Below are positions 1 through 8,320 of a DNA stretch of 64,000 nt, piece after piece. Where the stretch lies: positions 1 to 64,000 of the IMG/VR virus record IMGVR_UViG_3300021185_003351; one strand, written 5' to 3'. This DNA is from a virus. The notes below the pieces were generated by a model that worked only from the letters and a program-made list of their open reading frames with translations, searched no databases and was not told the origin of the DNA. The first letter of the stretch is position 1; each line of letters starts with the position of its first letter. The translations under genes and the position numbers were made by a program.

Positions 1-102
1 ATGAGTGGGACAATTGGTGGCCTAACGAGGATCTATAATAAGTATGACCTGTAAGGGCGTACTAACGTACTAACCTTATATTTATATATAAAAGAAAAAA
101 TC

Positions 103-651
103 ATGATTAAATTAAAATCACTATTATCGGAAAAATATTTAGGATTTGGGTTTGGTGCTGGTAAAGTTAAAGAACAACAACTCCCTGATGCATCTATGAC
201 AGATCTAGCACAAGGATTAGATAGAGATCCAATGACAGGTAATCCAATACCTGGTGGAGCTGGCGGTACTGTTAACTTAAATTACAAAGAAGTACAATTA
301 GATCAATTGAAATTTGATGATCTTGTAAAAATGTTTAGAGTTAAAGATTATTATAATGATGTTCATTTTAATAGAATGCAGCCAGACGGCAAAGAAGGCC
401 CGTATTATAAAGACGGATTAAGTTTTCCTAATCCAAATGATACATCATCAATTGTTGCAGATATGAAGTCATTAGAAAATTGGAAAGAAAGAACCAAACG
501 AAGATTTGGCAATGTCAAAGTAATATTAGATCCAGATGCGGAAGAACATTGGGAAAAGGTTAAAATTGAAGATGATAAATTTTCCCAAGATAAACAAGAT
601 GCTGATGCTGCAAAAATGGATACGTTAAAACAATGGGGAACTACAGAATGA
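103..651 (+). CDS. Hypothetical protein with MIKLKSLLSE leader (putative internal head/cargo protein)
   Basis: 182 aa ORF; ATATTTAT motif at 78-85; N-terminal leader shared with at least 7 other ORFs. Confidence 0.75.
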   Translation: MIKLKSLLSEKYLGFGFGAGKVKEQQLPDASMTDLAQGLDRDPMTGNPIPGGAGGTVNLNYKEVQLDQLKFDDLVKMFRVKDYYNDVHFNRMQPDGKEGPYYKDGLSFPNPNDTSSIVADMKSLENWKERTKRRFGNVKVILDPDAEEHWEKVKIEDDKFSQDKQDADAAKMDTLKQWGTTE

Positions 652-791
652 ATTGGATAAATAGCTGGAAAGCCTACAATAAAAAAAGTATATTCGAAAT
701 TAATATTAGAATAGGTACATTAACTATACTAGAAATAGTAACAGCTCCTAAAGTAAAAATAATGATATTAAACTTTGGAGTAGAACTATGA
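648..791 (+). CDS. Small hypothetical protein, 47 aa (MNWINSWKAYNKK...LNFGVEL); not in the ORF track
   Basis: Translated by hand; ATGA overlaps at both ends fill the gap exactly. Confidence 0.7.
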   Translation: MNWINSWKAYNKKSIFEINIRIGTLTILEIVTAPKVKIMILNFGVEL

Positions 792-1255
792 TTAAGCTTA
801 AAGACATATTAATAGAACGAAAACTTAAACCAGAAGATGTTAAGATTATTCATAAAGAAACTAATCATTACAAACTAAGTGATACAGACGGTTTTAATAA
901 TCTGAAAATTGGTAATAACATAAGTTCTACCGAAAATCATTATAAAGGAGGAGAAAGTAATAAAGTATATGGTAGAGTAGCAGACAATTCTATACAGTTT
1001 GATTTTGATAGTATAGTAGCAGCTGGTAGTGATATCACAAACGTTGCCCTAGAATTTACAAATACTACAAATACTACAACGAAAAAAATAACTTTTTATG
1101 AAGTAAAACTTAATGTTACTTATAAAAATAGTGGAGTAAGGACCCTAGGCTCTGCTAGAACTAATATTACAATATCTAATTTGCCACGTGGCTATTATCA
1201 GTTAAGTAATAATAGAGATCCTAATAATTGGTTAAGTTTTATAGTTGATAAATGA
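788..1255 (+). CDS. Hypothetical protein with MIKLKDILIE leader
   Basis: 155 aa ORF, ATGA-coupled, leader motif. Confidence 0.75.
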   Translation: MIKLKDILIERKLKPEDVKIIHKETNHYKLSDTDGFNNLKIGNNISSTENHYKGGESNKVYGRVADNSIQFDFDSIVAAGSDITNVALEFTNTTNTTTKKITFYEVKLNVTYKNSGVRTLGSARTNITISNLPRGYYQLSNNRDPNNWLSFIVDK

Positions 1256-1767
1256 TTAAATTAAAAGACATATTAATAGAACAAATAGGATTCCAAATTC
1301 CAGGAACTCCTAAACAAAAAAATATTGGTCGTAAAACACGTCAGGAATTTGCTAAGTTTTTCAATAACTTTGAAGCAGGTAATACAAAAACTGCTATATC
1401 AGGGTATGCTGAGCAAATAATGAATTCAGATGCGCCTGATGAAGTAAAACAAAATGCATCTGAAATATTAAATGAAATGGAGAAAGTAGCAATAGATATC
1501 CAAGACGAATTACATACAAGACAAATAAGCGACGACGAAGTTGCTGAAACAATATTTGATTATGTTAATTCTGAAATGGATGCTTCCGATTCAATTGAAT
1601 TTGAACAATTATTATGGTATGACAATCAAATTGATTCGAGTATCAACTCCGGAATGATAGAAAATGCTGTTGCTATACTGGACCAGTTACTTCATCAATT
1701 AGAATTCATACGTGGTTTTATCTTACAAGAATTTCCAAAAATCTCTCCTGCAGGATTTAAAAGATAA
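1252..1767 (+). CDS. Hypothetical acidic helical protein with MIKLKDILIE leader
   Basis: 171 aa ORF, leader motif. Confidence 0.75.
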   Translation: MIKLKDILIEQIGFQIPGTPKQKNIGRKTRQEFAKFFNNFEAGNTKTAISGYAEQIMNSDAPDEVKQNASEILNEMEKVAIDIQDELHTRQISDDEVAETIFDYVNSEMDASDSIEFEQLLWYDNQIDSSINSGMIENAVAILDQLLHQLEFIRGFILQEFPKISPAGFKR

Positions 1768-1790
1768 AACTAATCTAGAAACATAACATT

Positions 1791-1931
1791 ATGAAACATA
1801 CAAGGTTTACTACTATCCTTACATACATACTGTGCGGGAAGTGCAAAAATAAATGGTTTACTAAAGGATATTTTGTTAATGAAACATGTCCAAAGTGTAA
1901 ACATGAAGATACAACTATGAATTCATTATAA
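1791..1931 (+). CDS. Small Zn-ribbon protein, 46 aa; not in the ORF track
   Basis: MKHTRFTTILTYILCGKCKNKWFTKGYFVNETCPKCKHEDTTMNSL contains two CxxC pairs. Confidence 0.6.
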   Translation: MKHTRFTTILTYILCGKCKNKWFTKGYFVNETCPKCKHEDTTMNSL

Positions 1932-1947
1932 GTAATATTTATATAAA

Positions 1948-2505
1948 ATGATCAAACTCAAAGACATATTATTAAGTGAAGGTACCCGTTGCTGGAAAGG
2001 ATTTGAGAAAAAAGGCACCAAAGAAAAATACGGAAAACGTGTTCCTAATTGTGTTAAAAAAGAATCTAAATTACCTGACGAAGGATTTTCAGATCCAGAC
2101 CAAATGAGAATGTATGAAAAAGACATTGACGAAGACTTAAGACGATGGGCAAAAGAAAAATGGACAGATCAGAATGGAAATCCATGTGGTAGCTCTAAAT
2201 CTAAAGGAGTAGTTAAATGTCGTCCATCTAAAAAAGTTTCTAAAAAAAGTCCAAAGACTTGGAGTCAAGTTGATAAGAAAAAAGAAGTTGCTAAAAAGCG
2301 TAGAGTTGGAATGGGTAAGCGAACTAAAAAAGCTGAAGTCATAACTCCTATAGAAGAGAAAAAGAAAAAAGCTAAAAGAGATGCTTGTTATCATAAAGTA
2401 AAATCTAGGTATGATGTATGGCCGTCTGCTCGAGCGTCTCAAGCTCTAGTTAAATGCAGAAAAAAAGGCGCTAAGAATTGGGGTAAAACTACTACCAAAA
2501 AATGA
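1948..2505 (+). CDS. Highly basic Cys-containing modular protein with MIKLKDILLSE leader (DUF5872-like motifs)
   Basis: Modules CWKG...VPNCV, LRRWAKEKW...PCG...KCRPSKKVS and DACYHKVKSRY.VWPSA, recalled from T4-like phage and giant-virus proteins. Confidence 0.65.
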   Translation: MIKLKDILLSEGTRCWKGFEKKGTKEKYGKRVPNCVKKESKLPDEGFSDPDQMRMYEKDIDEDLRRWAKEKWTDQNGNPCGSSKSKGVVKCRPSKKVSKKSPKTWSQVDKKKEVAKKRRVGMGKRTKKAEVITPIEEKKKKAKRDACYHKVKSRYDVWPSARASQALVKCRKKGAKNWGKTTTKK

Positions 2506-3569
2506 TTAAGCTTAAAAATATATTAACCGAATCAATAGTAGGAAACAAAATTGTATGTGATAATTGCAATTGGAGTTGGGATATAAAAGATGGCGGAGAT
2601 GATTTATATATGTGTCACAAATGTGGACATAACAATACTCCTAAGTTAACAGAACAATCATCTAAAATTACAAATTTATTTATTGGTCAGCCTAATCAAG
2701 AAAATTGGAATCAAACAAACATAGAAAAGTGGCAGACAAAAGGCGAAAAATATTTATCTTCTTTTCTTAAAAAAATAGGAGCAATCGACATAGTAGTAAC
2801 TAATAATATGAGTACTTCAGCTGTTACTAATGAGATTAAAAAATTAGCAATAGCTGGTGCATTAGTTTCCGGAAAATTAGAATCTGTTACCATAGTATCT
2901 CATCGTACTGGGTGTGGTAGATTTAATTATGGTATAATGTATAGTTCTGGCGGAGGTGCTGCTACAGAATTTTGGAAAGTGTTATCTCAATATTGCAATT
3001 CTAATACAAAAATATTTCTGGGAGGATGTAGTGTAGCTGAAGATCCAAGTATAATTGCCAAAATATCTAAAATTACTAATTGTACAGTAACAGCTCCAAC
3101 CGGAACATATTTTCCAGGAATAGAATTAGTTACTACTGATGATAATAAATTTAATATATCTAAACGAGTTGGAAAATATATTACTTGTACAAATAATCCG
3201 TCAGGCGATAAAAAATATGAAAATTTTATAAACAAACATAAACAAAGTTTATTTGCTGATTCAAAATATTATTATAAGATTAGTCGTAAATTACAAACAA
3301 TTACAAAATTTCATGATGAGTTGAACTATATATCCCCAAAAAATTTATATAATTTAAGACGACGTATTTTTACTCCCCCTTTAGAAGGCCCACCTCCAGC
3401 GTATCGATATTTAAAAGATGATGCATATAAAAAAGAAATAAATAATTTAATGGATACATTAATAGAAACAATGACTGTTAAACTAATTCAAGATTATATT
3501 AAATCTATAGGATGTGTTCCAACTAAAACAAATCCTATACAAGGAACAAGAAGTGCAATATTCAAATGA
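2502..3569 (+). CDS. Leader + Zn ribbon + DUF4347-like (caspase/hemoglobinase-fold) protein
   Basis: CDNC...CHKC, followed by VTIVSH, IFLGGCSVA and ISKITNCTVTAPTG. Confidence 0.55.
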   Translation: MIKLKNILTESIVGNKIVCDNCNWSWDIKDGGDDLYMCHKCGHNNTPKLTEQSSKITNLFIGQPNQENWNQTNIEKWQTKGEKYLSSFLKKIGAIDIVVTNNMSTSAVTNEIKKLAIAGALVSGKLESVTIVSHRTGCGRFNYGIMYSSGGGAATEFWKVLSQYCNSNTKIFLGGCSVAEDPSIIAKISKITNCTVTAPTGTYFPGIELVTTDDNKFNISKRVGKYITCTNNPSGDKKYENFINKHKQSLFADSKYYYKISRKLQTITKFHDELNYISPKNLYNLRRRIFTPPLEGPPPAYRYLKDDAYKKEINNLMDTLIETMTVKLIQDYIKSIGCVPTKTNPIQGTRSAIFK

Positions 3570-3862
3570 TTAAACTAGAAAATATATTAAAAAGCATTCC
3601 TAATCAAGAAATAGTTGAATCACATCTTGGACAATGGGAATATCCTGGTAGAATAACAAGAATACCAAATAATCAAATTACAATGCAACCTGATCCTAGA
3701 ACAGGCAAGGAAATAGAACATATATTATTAATAATAGGAGATCAAAGCGGCGAAAAACAAATAGGAGTTCCAAATGGACCAAATTTATTATTTCCCAATG
3801 ATCAATCAGTTACAGAATATCCAATAAGAAAATATGAAGTTTATAAAAGTCGTAAAAAATAA
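3566..3862 (+). CDS. Hypothetical protein with MIKLENILKS leader
   Basis: 98 aa; GQWEYPG...ITMQ...LFP...VTEYP domain. Confidence 0.65.
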   Translation: MIKLENILKSIPNQEIVESHLGQWEYPGRITRIPNNQITMQPDPRTGKEIEHILLIIGDQSGEKQIGVPNGPNLLFPNDQSVTEYPIRKYEVYKSRKK

Positions 3863-4016
3863 TAATTCTGCAGAGTATATAAATACTAATCATATAACAT
3901 CATTTTATAGTGGTGATAATTCAGAAATAACAATTGTAAAGTTAAAAACTAGCAGACGAATTCATATACAAGAACATGTAGATATATTTGCAGACAGAAT
4001 TTCCATGGAAAAGTAA
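3834..4016 (+). CDS. Small FlbD-like beta protein
   Basis: YINTNHI...TIVKLKTSRRIHIQEHVD.FADRI pattern resembles the FlbD family. Confidence 0.4.
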   Translation: MKFIKVVKNNNSAEYINTNHITSFYSGDNSEITIVKLKTSRRIHIQEHVDIFADRISMEK

Positions 4017-4054
4017 TAATACAATATTTATATTAAATAATAAAGGTATATAAT

Positions 4055-4240
4055 ATGACATCGATAGAAATATATATGAAAATTGAGGATCAATGGGATA
4101 TATTTATGGAAAATCATGTAAGATTTAATGATAAAAAAGTAAAAGCAGCAGGTGTTAGAGCAAGAAAAGCTATTGGTGAGATAAAAAAATTAGCTTCGCA
4201 ATACAGAACTGCTTGTTTAGCTGAATCAAAAGAGATATGA
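4055..4240 (+). CDS. Histone H1-like Hc1-family DNA-binding protein (Bacteroidota type)
   Basis: KAAGVRARKA...KKL...YR signature; ATATTTAT at 4024-4031. Confidence 0.75.
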   Translation: MTSIEIYMKIEDQWDIFMENHVRFNDKKVKAAGVRARKAIGEIKKLASQYRTACLAESKEI

Positions 4241-4950
4241 ACGAGTCAATATTAAGAAATATTATACGAGAACATCTATTAGAAAGCTTGTCTGAGCAAA
4301 CAATTGAAACAACATTGTTTTCACCAGAAGAAGAAAAGTTTCTTGCTACATTCACAAAGCTAGGAGCAACTAGTTTAGGCATATTATATGCTAAAAATAT
4401 GATAGGAATCCGGGAATTTCTTAATAGAAGCGGTAAGGATTTCAACTTAACGCCTCCTGTATTGAATAGTTTGCTAAGAAATAAGACAATTTCCATAGTT
4501 CCTTATGGTGGATACTCCAGAAACAATGATTATACCATTCAATTGAATATACCTTTAAAGGATTTAGAAGGAATTAAAGAACCAGAAGGCGATGATGCTG
4601 CAGGCGGTGCACCAGAACCAGCAGTAGCTGAAGAAAGTGTTCAAATATTAGCTCGAAATATAGTGTCAGAAGCAAAAAAATCAAAAAAAAAGAAAAAAAG
4701 TAAGGTTTATACCGGCAAATCAAGAACATTGAAGCGGTTACCAAGCGGATACGTAGGATATTTAGAGAAAATTATCCAAGTTTTAGGCGAAAAAGTGAAA
4801 AATGACATGGAAAAGGAGCATTTGGTTGCAGATATCCTTGATAACCTATCTCATAACTTTGGTTTAACACCTAAACAAGTATATCGTTCTTATATTTATT
4901 ATAAATCGCAAAATAGATTGGCAAATATCATCAAGGATAACAATGATTAA
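4237..4950 (+). CDS. Hypothetical protein, putative head-associated (ILRNIIREHLLE leader)
   Basis: 237 aa ORF with several L/I-x-E sites and a poly-K tract. Confidence 0.65.
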   Translation: MNESILRNIIREHLLESLSEQTIETTLFSPEEEKFLATFTKLGATSLGILYAKNMIGIREFLNRSGKDFNLTPPVLNSLLRNKTISIVPYGGYSRNNDYTIQLNIPLKDLEGIKEPEGDDAAGGAPEPAVAEESVQILARNIVSEAKKSKKKKKSKVYTGKSRTLKRLPSGYVGYLEKIIQVLGEKVKNDMEKEHLVADILDNLSHNFGLTPKQVYRSYIYYKSQNRLANIIKDNND

Positions 4951-6148
4951 ATTAAAAGACTTATTAACAGAGCAAAATAATTATACTAAAACTATATTTG
5001 ATTGGCTGAATAAATTTAAGCCAGATTTTATGAAAAATTCAGCTAAAATGGGATTTCTTCCATCTTCAAATTATGCAATTAATCAATTAGAAGGTCCTTC
5101 TGGCAAGAAAGATGGAATTGTATCTGTTATAAATTATGTAGTAGGCCTAGACGTCTTTTTTAATACCAGAACTGGAGACGCACAACCTAAATTAAAAAAT
5201 AATAAAAAACAACTAGCATCATCAATATCACGAAATACTATAGTATTAAATAAAAGCAATAATGTATATTTTGATTTTACGCCAGCTGGAAGAGGACCTA
5301 CTGTAGCAGTCGATAGGCAACAATTTATGAATAAAAGTACAACGTGGTATCCAAATGGAAAATATTTTGGAAACTCTGTTACAACTATGGTTGGAAGTAT
5401 TAATCAAATAAATCAAGTCCACTTTCGAACAAAAAGACCTCAAGTTATATTTATTGCTCCAGCTGATAAACCAGTTAACGGAGTTTCATATAATAAAATA
5501 ACAATGGGTACATCTGATAAACTTCATTTATATAGTACAAGAGACGTTGCTACTACAAAAGTTCCTGGTACAAAAGCTACTCCAGATAAAGTAATAAAAA
5601 AACCAGGTCAACAGTTTCCTCCATTACCGGTCCCTGATAGTAACTTCCAATCTAACTCAGCACAATTAACACCGACTGCTCTAAGAAATGTAACAGCTTT
5701 AATTACTCAAAGAATACAACAAATGAGAGAAGCTGGTATAACAATTCCAGCTGGAATAGGTACAATTGTAATAAATTCTGGTACTGATAGTATGCCGACT
5801 GGTAGAGCCGGAGGAAATCCACAATTAGCAGCAGATAGAGGTGCTACTCTTCAAGCATTATTAGAAGCACAAGGTATTCCTCGAGGTCAAATTCGTATAA
5901 ATACTAGAGGATTTGTTAACGCAGTACCTGCAGGTACTACTAGTTGGGCAAATAAACCAGCTTCTCAAACAAGACTCCAATGGCAACAAGCAGCTGCACC
6001 AGCACGAATGGTTCAAATGACATTTCCGTCTGTGCAAGCGCCTGATGAAGAAGAAATAATAAAAGGTAAGAAAGGTACTCCTCCAAAAGAAGTAGATACT
6101 CCTAAAAAAGTAACAATTAATCATTTAGAAGTATTTATTAAAAAATAA
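4943..6148 (+). CDS. Leader-bearing protein with a C-terminal OmpA-like peptidoglycan-binding domain
   Basis: MIKLKDLLTE; FQSNSAQL...SGTD...NPQLAADRGATLQALLEAQGIP..QI...RG matches OmpA_C motifs. Confidence 0.7.
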   Translation: MIKLKDLLTEQNNYTKTIFDWLNKFKPDFMKNSAKMGFLPSSNYAINQLEGPSGKKDGIVSVINYVVGLDVFFNTRTGDAQPKLKNNKKQLASSISRNTIVLNKSNNVYFDFTPAGRGPTVAVDRQQFMNKSTTWYPNGKYFGNSVTTMVGSINQINQVHFRTKRPQVIFIAPADKPVNGVSYNKITMGTSDKLHLYSTRDVATTKVPGTKATPDKVIKKPGQQFPPLPVPDSNFQSNSAQLTPTALRNVTALITQRIQQMREAGITIPAGIGTIVINSGTDSMPTGRAGGNPQLAADRGATLQALLEAQGIPRGQIRINTRGFVNAVPAGTTSWANKPASQTRLQWQQAAAPARMVQMTFPSVQAPDEEEIIKGKKGTPPKEVDTPKKVTINHLEVFIKK

Positions 6149-6149
6149 T

Positions 6150-6178
6150 TTGGATTTTCAATATATTTTTCTTATTAT
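6150..6178 (+). promoter_or_regulatory. Sigma70-like promoter TTGGAT-N17-TATTAT
   Basis: Exact 17-nt spacer; upstream of ATG 6196. Confidence 0.65.
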
Positions 6179-6195
6179 AATAAAAAAAGAAAGAT

Positions 6196-6705
6196 ATGAA
6201 AAAGTTATTGATATTATTATTACTTCCCATCACAATATTTTCACAAGAAAATTATTATGATACTACGATTGCTAGATTAATCAATGAAAAAATTAATGAA
6301 TATCGCATAAGCAAAGGTCTTTACAATTTAATTCAAACAGATAGATATAAAAGTGAGACAGAACAGTACTGTGCTAAAGCTGCACAAAAGATAACAGAAA
6401 CAAGAATAATTGAACATTCGTCTTTATTTTTTCCTGGTAAATGGAGCGAAATTATTTGTTCTGTTCCTTTTAATGGAGCCGAAATGAGTGCTGATTCATT
6501 AGCAAATGAAGTTGTTGATGCATATATAAATTCTAGACCACATCATGTTGCAATATTGAGTATTGGAGTTACAAAAATACACACATCTGTATACATATAT
6601 TATAATCCCAAACAAAAGATGTGGAAATTATTTACAGCATCTCATATTATGGATTGGGAATATGAATTCAATGTACAATATAGTTCGATTAAATTGGAAT
6701 ATTGA
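6196..6705 (+). CDS. Secreted CAP (SCP/PR-1) domain protein
   Basis: Signal peptide MKKLLILLLLPITIFS; INEYRISKGL, EHS, SEII, AYINSRPHHVAIL. Confidence 0.75.
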   Translation: MKKLLILLLLPITIFSQENYYDTTIARLINEKINEYRISKGLYNLIQTDRYKSETEQYCAKAAQKITETRIIEHSSLFFPGKWSEIICSVPFNGAEMSADSLANEVVDAYINSRPHHVAILSIGVTKIHTSVYIYYNPKQKMWKLFTASHIMDWEYEFNVQYSSIKLEY

Positions 6706-6722
6706 AATATTTTCATTATAAT
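6694..6722 (+). promoter_or_regulatory. Sigma70-like promoter TTGGAA-N17-TATAAT
   Basis: Exact spacing; upstream of ATG 6763. Confidence 0.7.
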
Positions 6723-6762
6723 AATAGTAAGTTAAATAAATAAAAAAAGAAAAAACAAAGTT

Positions 6763-6933
6763 ATGGCAACATCACAAGAATTATTCGATCAGATAAAAAA
6801 TTTATTTGTAGAATTTGAAGAAAATCACAATGGTTCAACTAAAGCTGCTAAAGGCAGAGCAAGAAAAGCTATTGGAGAAGTAAAAAAGTTAGTGACTGAA
6901 TATAGAAAGCAGTCTGTAGCAGAAAATAAATAA
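6763..6933 (+). CDS. Second Hc1-like histone protein, 56 aa; not in the ORF track
   Basis: MATSQELFDQIKNLFVEFEENHNGSTKAAKGRARKAIGEVKKLVTEYRKQSVAENK; paralog of 4055..4240. Confidence 0.8.
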   Translation: MATSQELFDQIKNLFVEFEENHNGSTKAAKGRARKAIGEVKKLVTEYRKQSVAENK

Positions 6934-6955
6934 TAAACAATTAAAATTAATAAAC

Positions 6956-7153
6956 ATGGGTTATTACACCGCAAAAGTCCAGTTAAGAGATGACTCTACT
7001 GGCAAAATGAAGAAAGTTACTGAAATGTATCTTGTTGAAGCAATGTCTGTCACCGAAGCAGAAGCTAAAGTAGTTGGAGATTTTGGATCTACTACCTTAG
7101 AATATGAAGTAAAGGCGGTGTCTGCAAGTAAAATCATTAAAATTATAGGATAA
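6956..7153 (+). CDS. DUF4494-like protein (Bacteroidota-associated family)
   Basis: KKVTEMYLVEAMSVTEAEAKV signature. Confidence 0.7.
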   Translation: MGYYTAKVQLRDDSTGKMKKVTEMYLVEAMSVTEAEAKVVGDFGSTTLEYEVKAVSASKIIKIIG

Positions 7154-7449
7154 TGTATAATCAAGGAGAAACAGTAATTGTTACAGAGTATATCAATAAG
7201 AAAGCAAACGAAGTAAAACATTCAGTAGGTGTCATAATGAGACCCTTTATTCATAAAAAACAAACTTTTTATGATGTTTTATTAGAAAGAAGGACCGGAT
7301 TATCCTTTCTGAATACAGCAAAATCATCCAAGCAATCATTTATTAACAGAGAATTAACTACCAAGCTAATTGACTCTGATAGTATCGAAACTACCATTCC
7401 GTTCAAGGCTATGTTAGAATTTGAAGAACTTCCTATAATGATTGCATAA
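7153..7449 (+). CDS. Hypothetical protein
   Basis: 98 aa ORF, TAATG coupling. Confidence 0.65.
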   Translation: MYNQGETVIVTEYINKKANEVKHSVGVIMRPFIHKKQTFYDVLLERRTGLSFLNTAKSSKQSFINRELTTKLIDSDSIETTIPFKAMLEFEELPIMIA

Positions 7450-7751
7450 TGGCAAGACCAAAATTACCAGAAATAGACAAACTAAAGAAAAGAGTCAGGA
7501 AAAGATATCCTGGCTCTTATTGCGTACAAGATTCATTAGGTGAATACTATATAATGTGGAATGAAGACAATCTAAATGAAACATTTTTATTAGATAATAC
7601 ATCAACTGAATTAAAAGCATGGGAACAAGCTAGTATAACTGCTAAACACGAACAGCATATTAATCGTACCCATCCGTTAAAGCAATTAATGTCTCAAGAA
7701 CAAAAGAATTTAAATAAAGAACGTATAACAAAAAGAATAAGAAAATTATGA
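7449..7751 (+). CDS. Hypothetical protein
   Basis: 100 aa ORF, TAATG coupling. Confidence 0.65.
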   Translation: MARPKLPEIDKLKKRVRKRYPGSYCVQDSLGEYYIMWNEDNLNETFLLDNTSTELKAWEQASITAKHEQHINRTHPLKQLMSQEQKNLNKERITKRIRKL

Positions 7752-8146
7752 TGATAACTAAGACTATTAATCAATCATGGGCTATACCAGATAATTTCAA
7801 AGAAAGATATGGAAGAATATGGTCAGAATTAGATTTTGAAATTAATCCAAAATTATCAAACTATGCTTTTGGTAATGATCCAATGAATACTGTTATTGGA
7901 ACATTGGTAATAGACAGAAAAAGAATTTCCGTTAAGTATAAGCAGTTAATTGGAGCTTTAAGTACTGTTGATCAATATGTAACCGATATATTCTTTTCAA
8001 AGCCATCAAAGACAGATGTTATAGACATAACATTATTTAATACACCATTTTCTTTAAGAAAACATGAAATAAATAAATTAGCTAATACAATTCATGATAC
8101 ATATGATACAATTATGAAATCTTATAAGCTAGGTTTATATTTATAA
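7748..8146 (+). CDS. Hypothetical protein
   Basis: 132 aa ORF, ATGA coupling. Confidence 0.65.
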   Translation: MMITKTINQSWAIPDNFKERYGRIWSELDFEINPKLSNYAFGNDPMNTVIGTLVIDRKRISVKYKQLIGALSTVDQYVTDIFFSKPSKTDVIDITLFNTPFSLRKHEINKLANTIHDTYDTIMKSYKLGLYL

Positions 8147-8155
8147 TAAAGAAAT

Positions 8156-8320
8156 ATGAATAAATATAAATACTTTTTTAAATCTGATAATTTGAAAGAA
8201 TCTATTGGAAATATTACTGCTAAAGATTTAAATGAAGCTTATATTAAAGCATCATATATTAAAAAATTAGCTCCAATGCATTTTAAAGAATTATTTGATG
8301 TTGAGCAACTTAATGGATAA
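8156..8320 (+). CDS. Small hypothetical protein, 54 aa; not in the ORF track
   Basis: MNKYKYFFKSDNLKESIG...FDVEQLNG; ATATTTAT at 8137-8144. Confidence 0.65.
   Translation: MNKYKYFFKSDNLKESIGNITAKDLNEAYIKASYIKKLAPMHFKELFDVEQLNG

Noticed and set aside
3-38. Tail of an upstream CDS (EWDNWWPNEDL*)
   Set aside because: Only 12 codons are visible, too little to support a call
103-4972. Leader repeats as DNA-level recombination sites (integron-like cassettes)
   Set aside because: Codons vary synonymously, no attC-like palindromes or recombinase are evident, and conservation is at the peptide level
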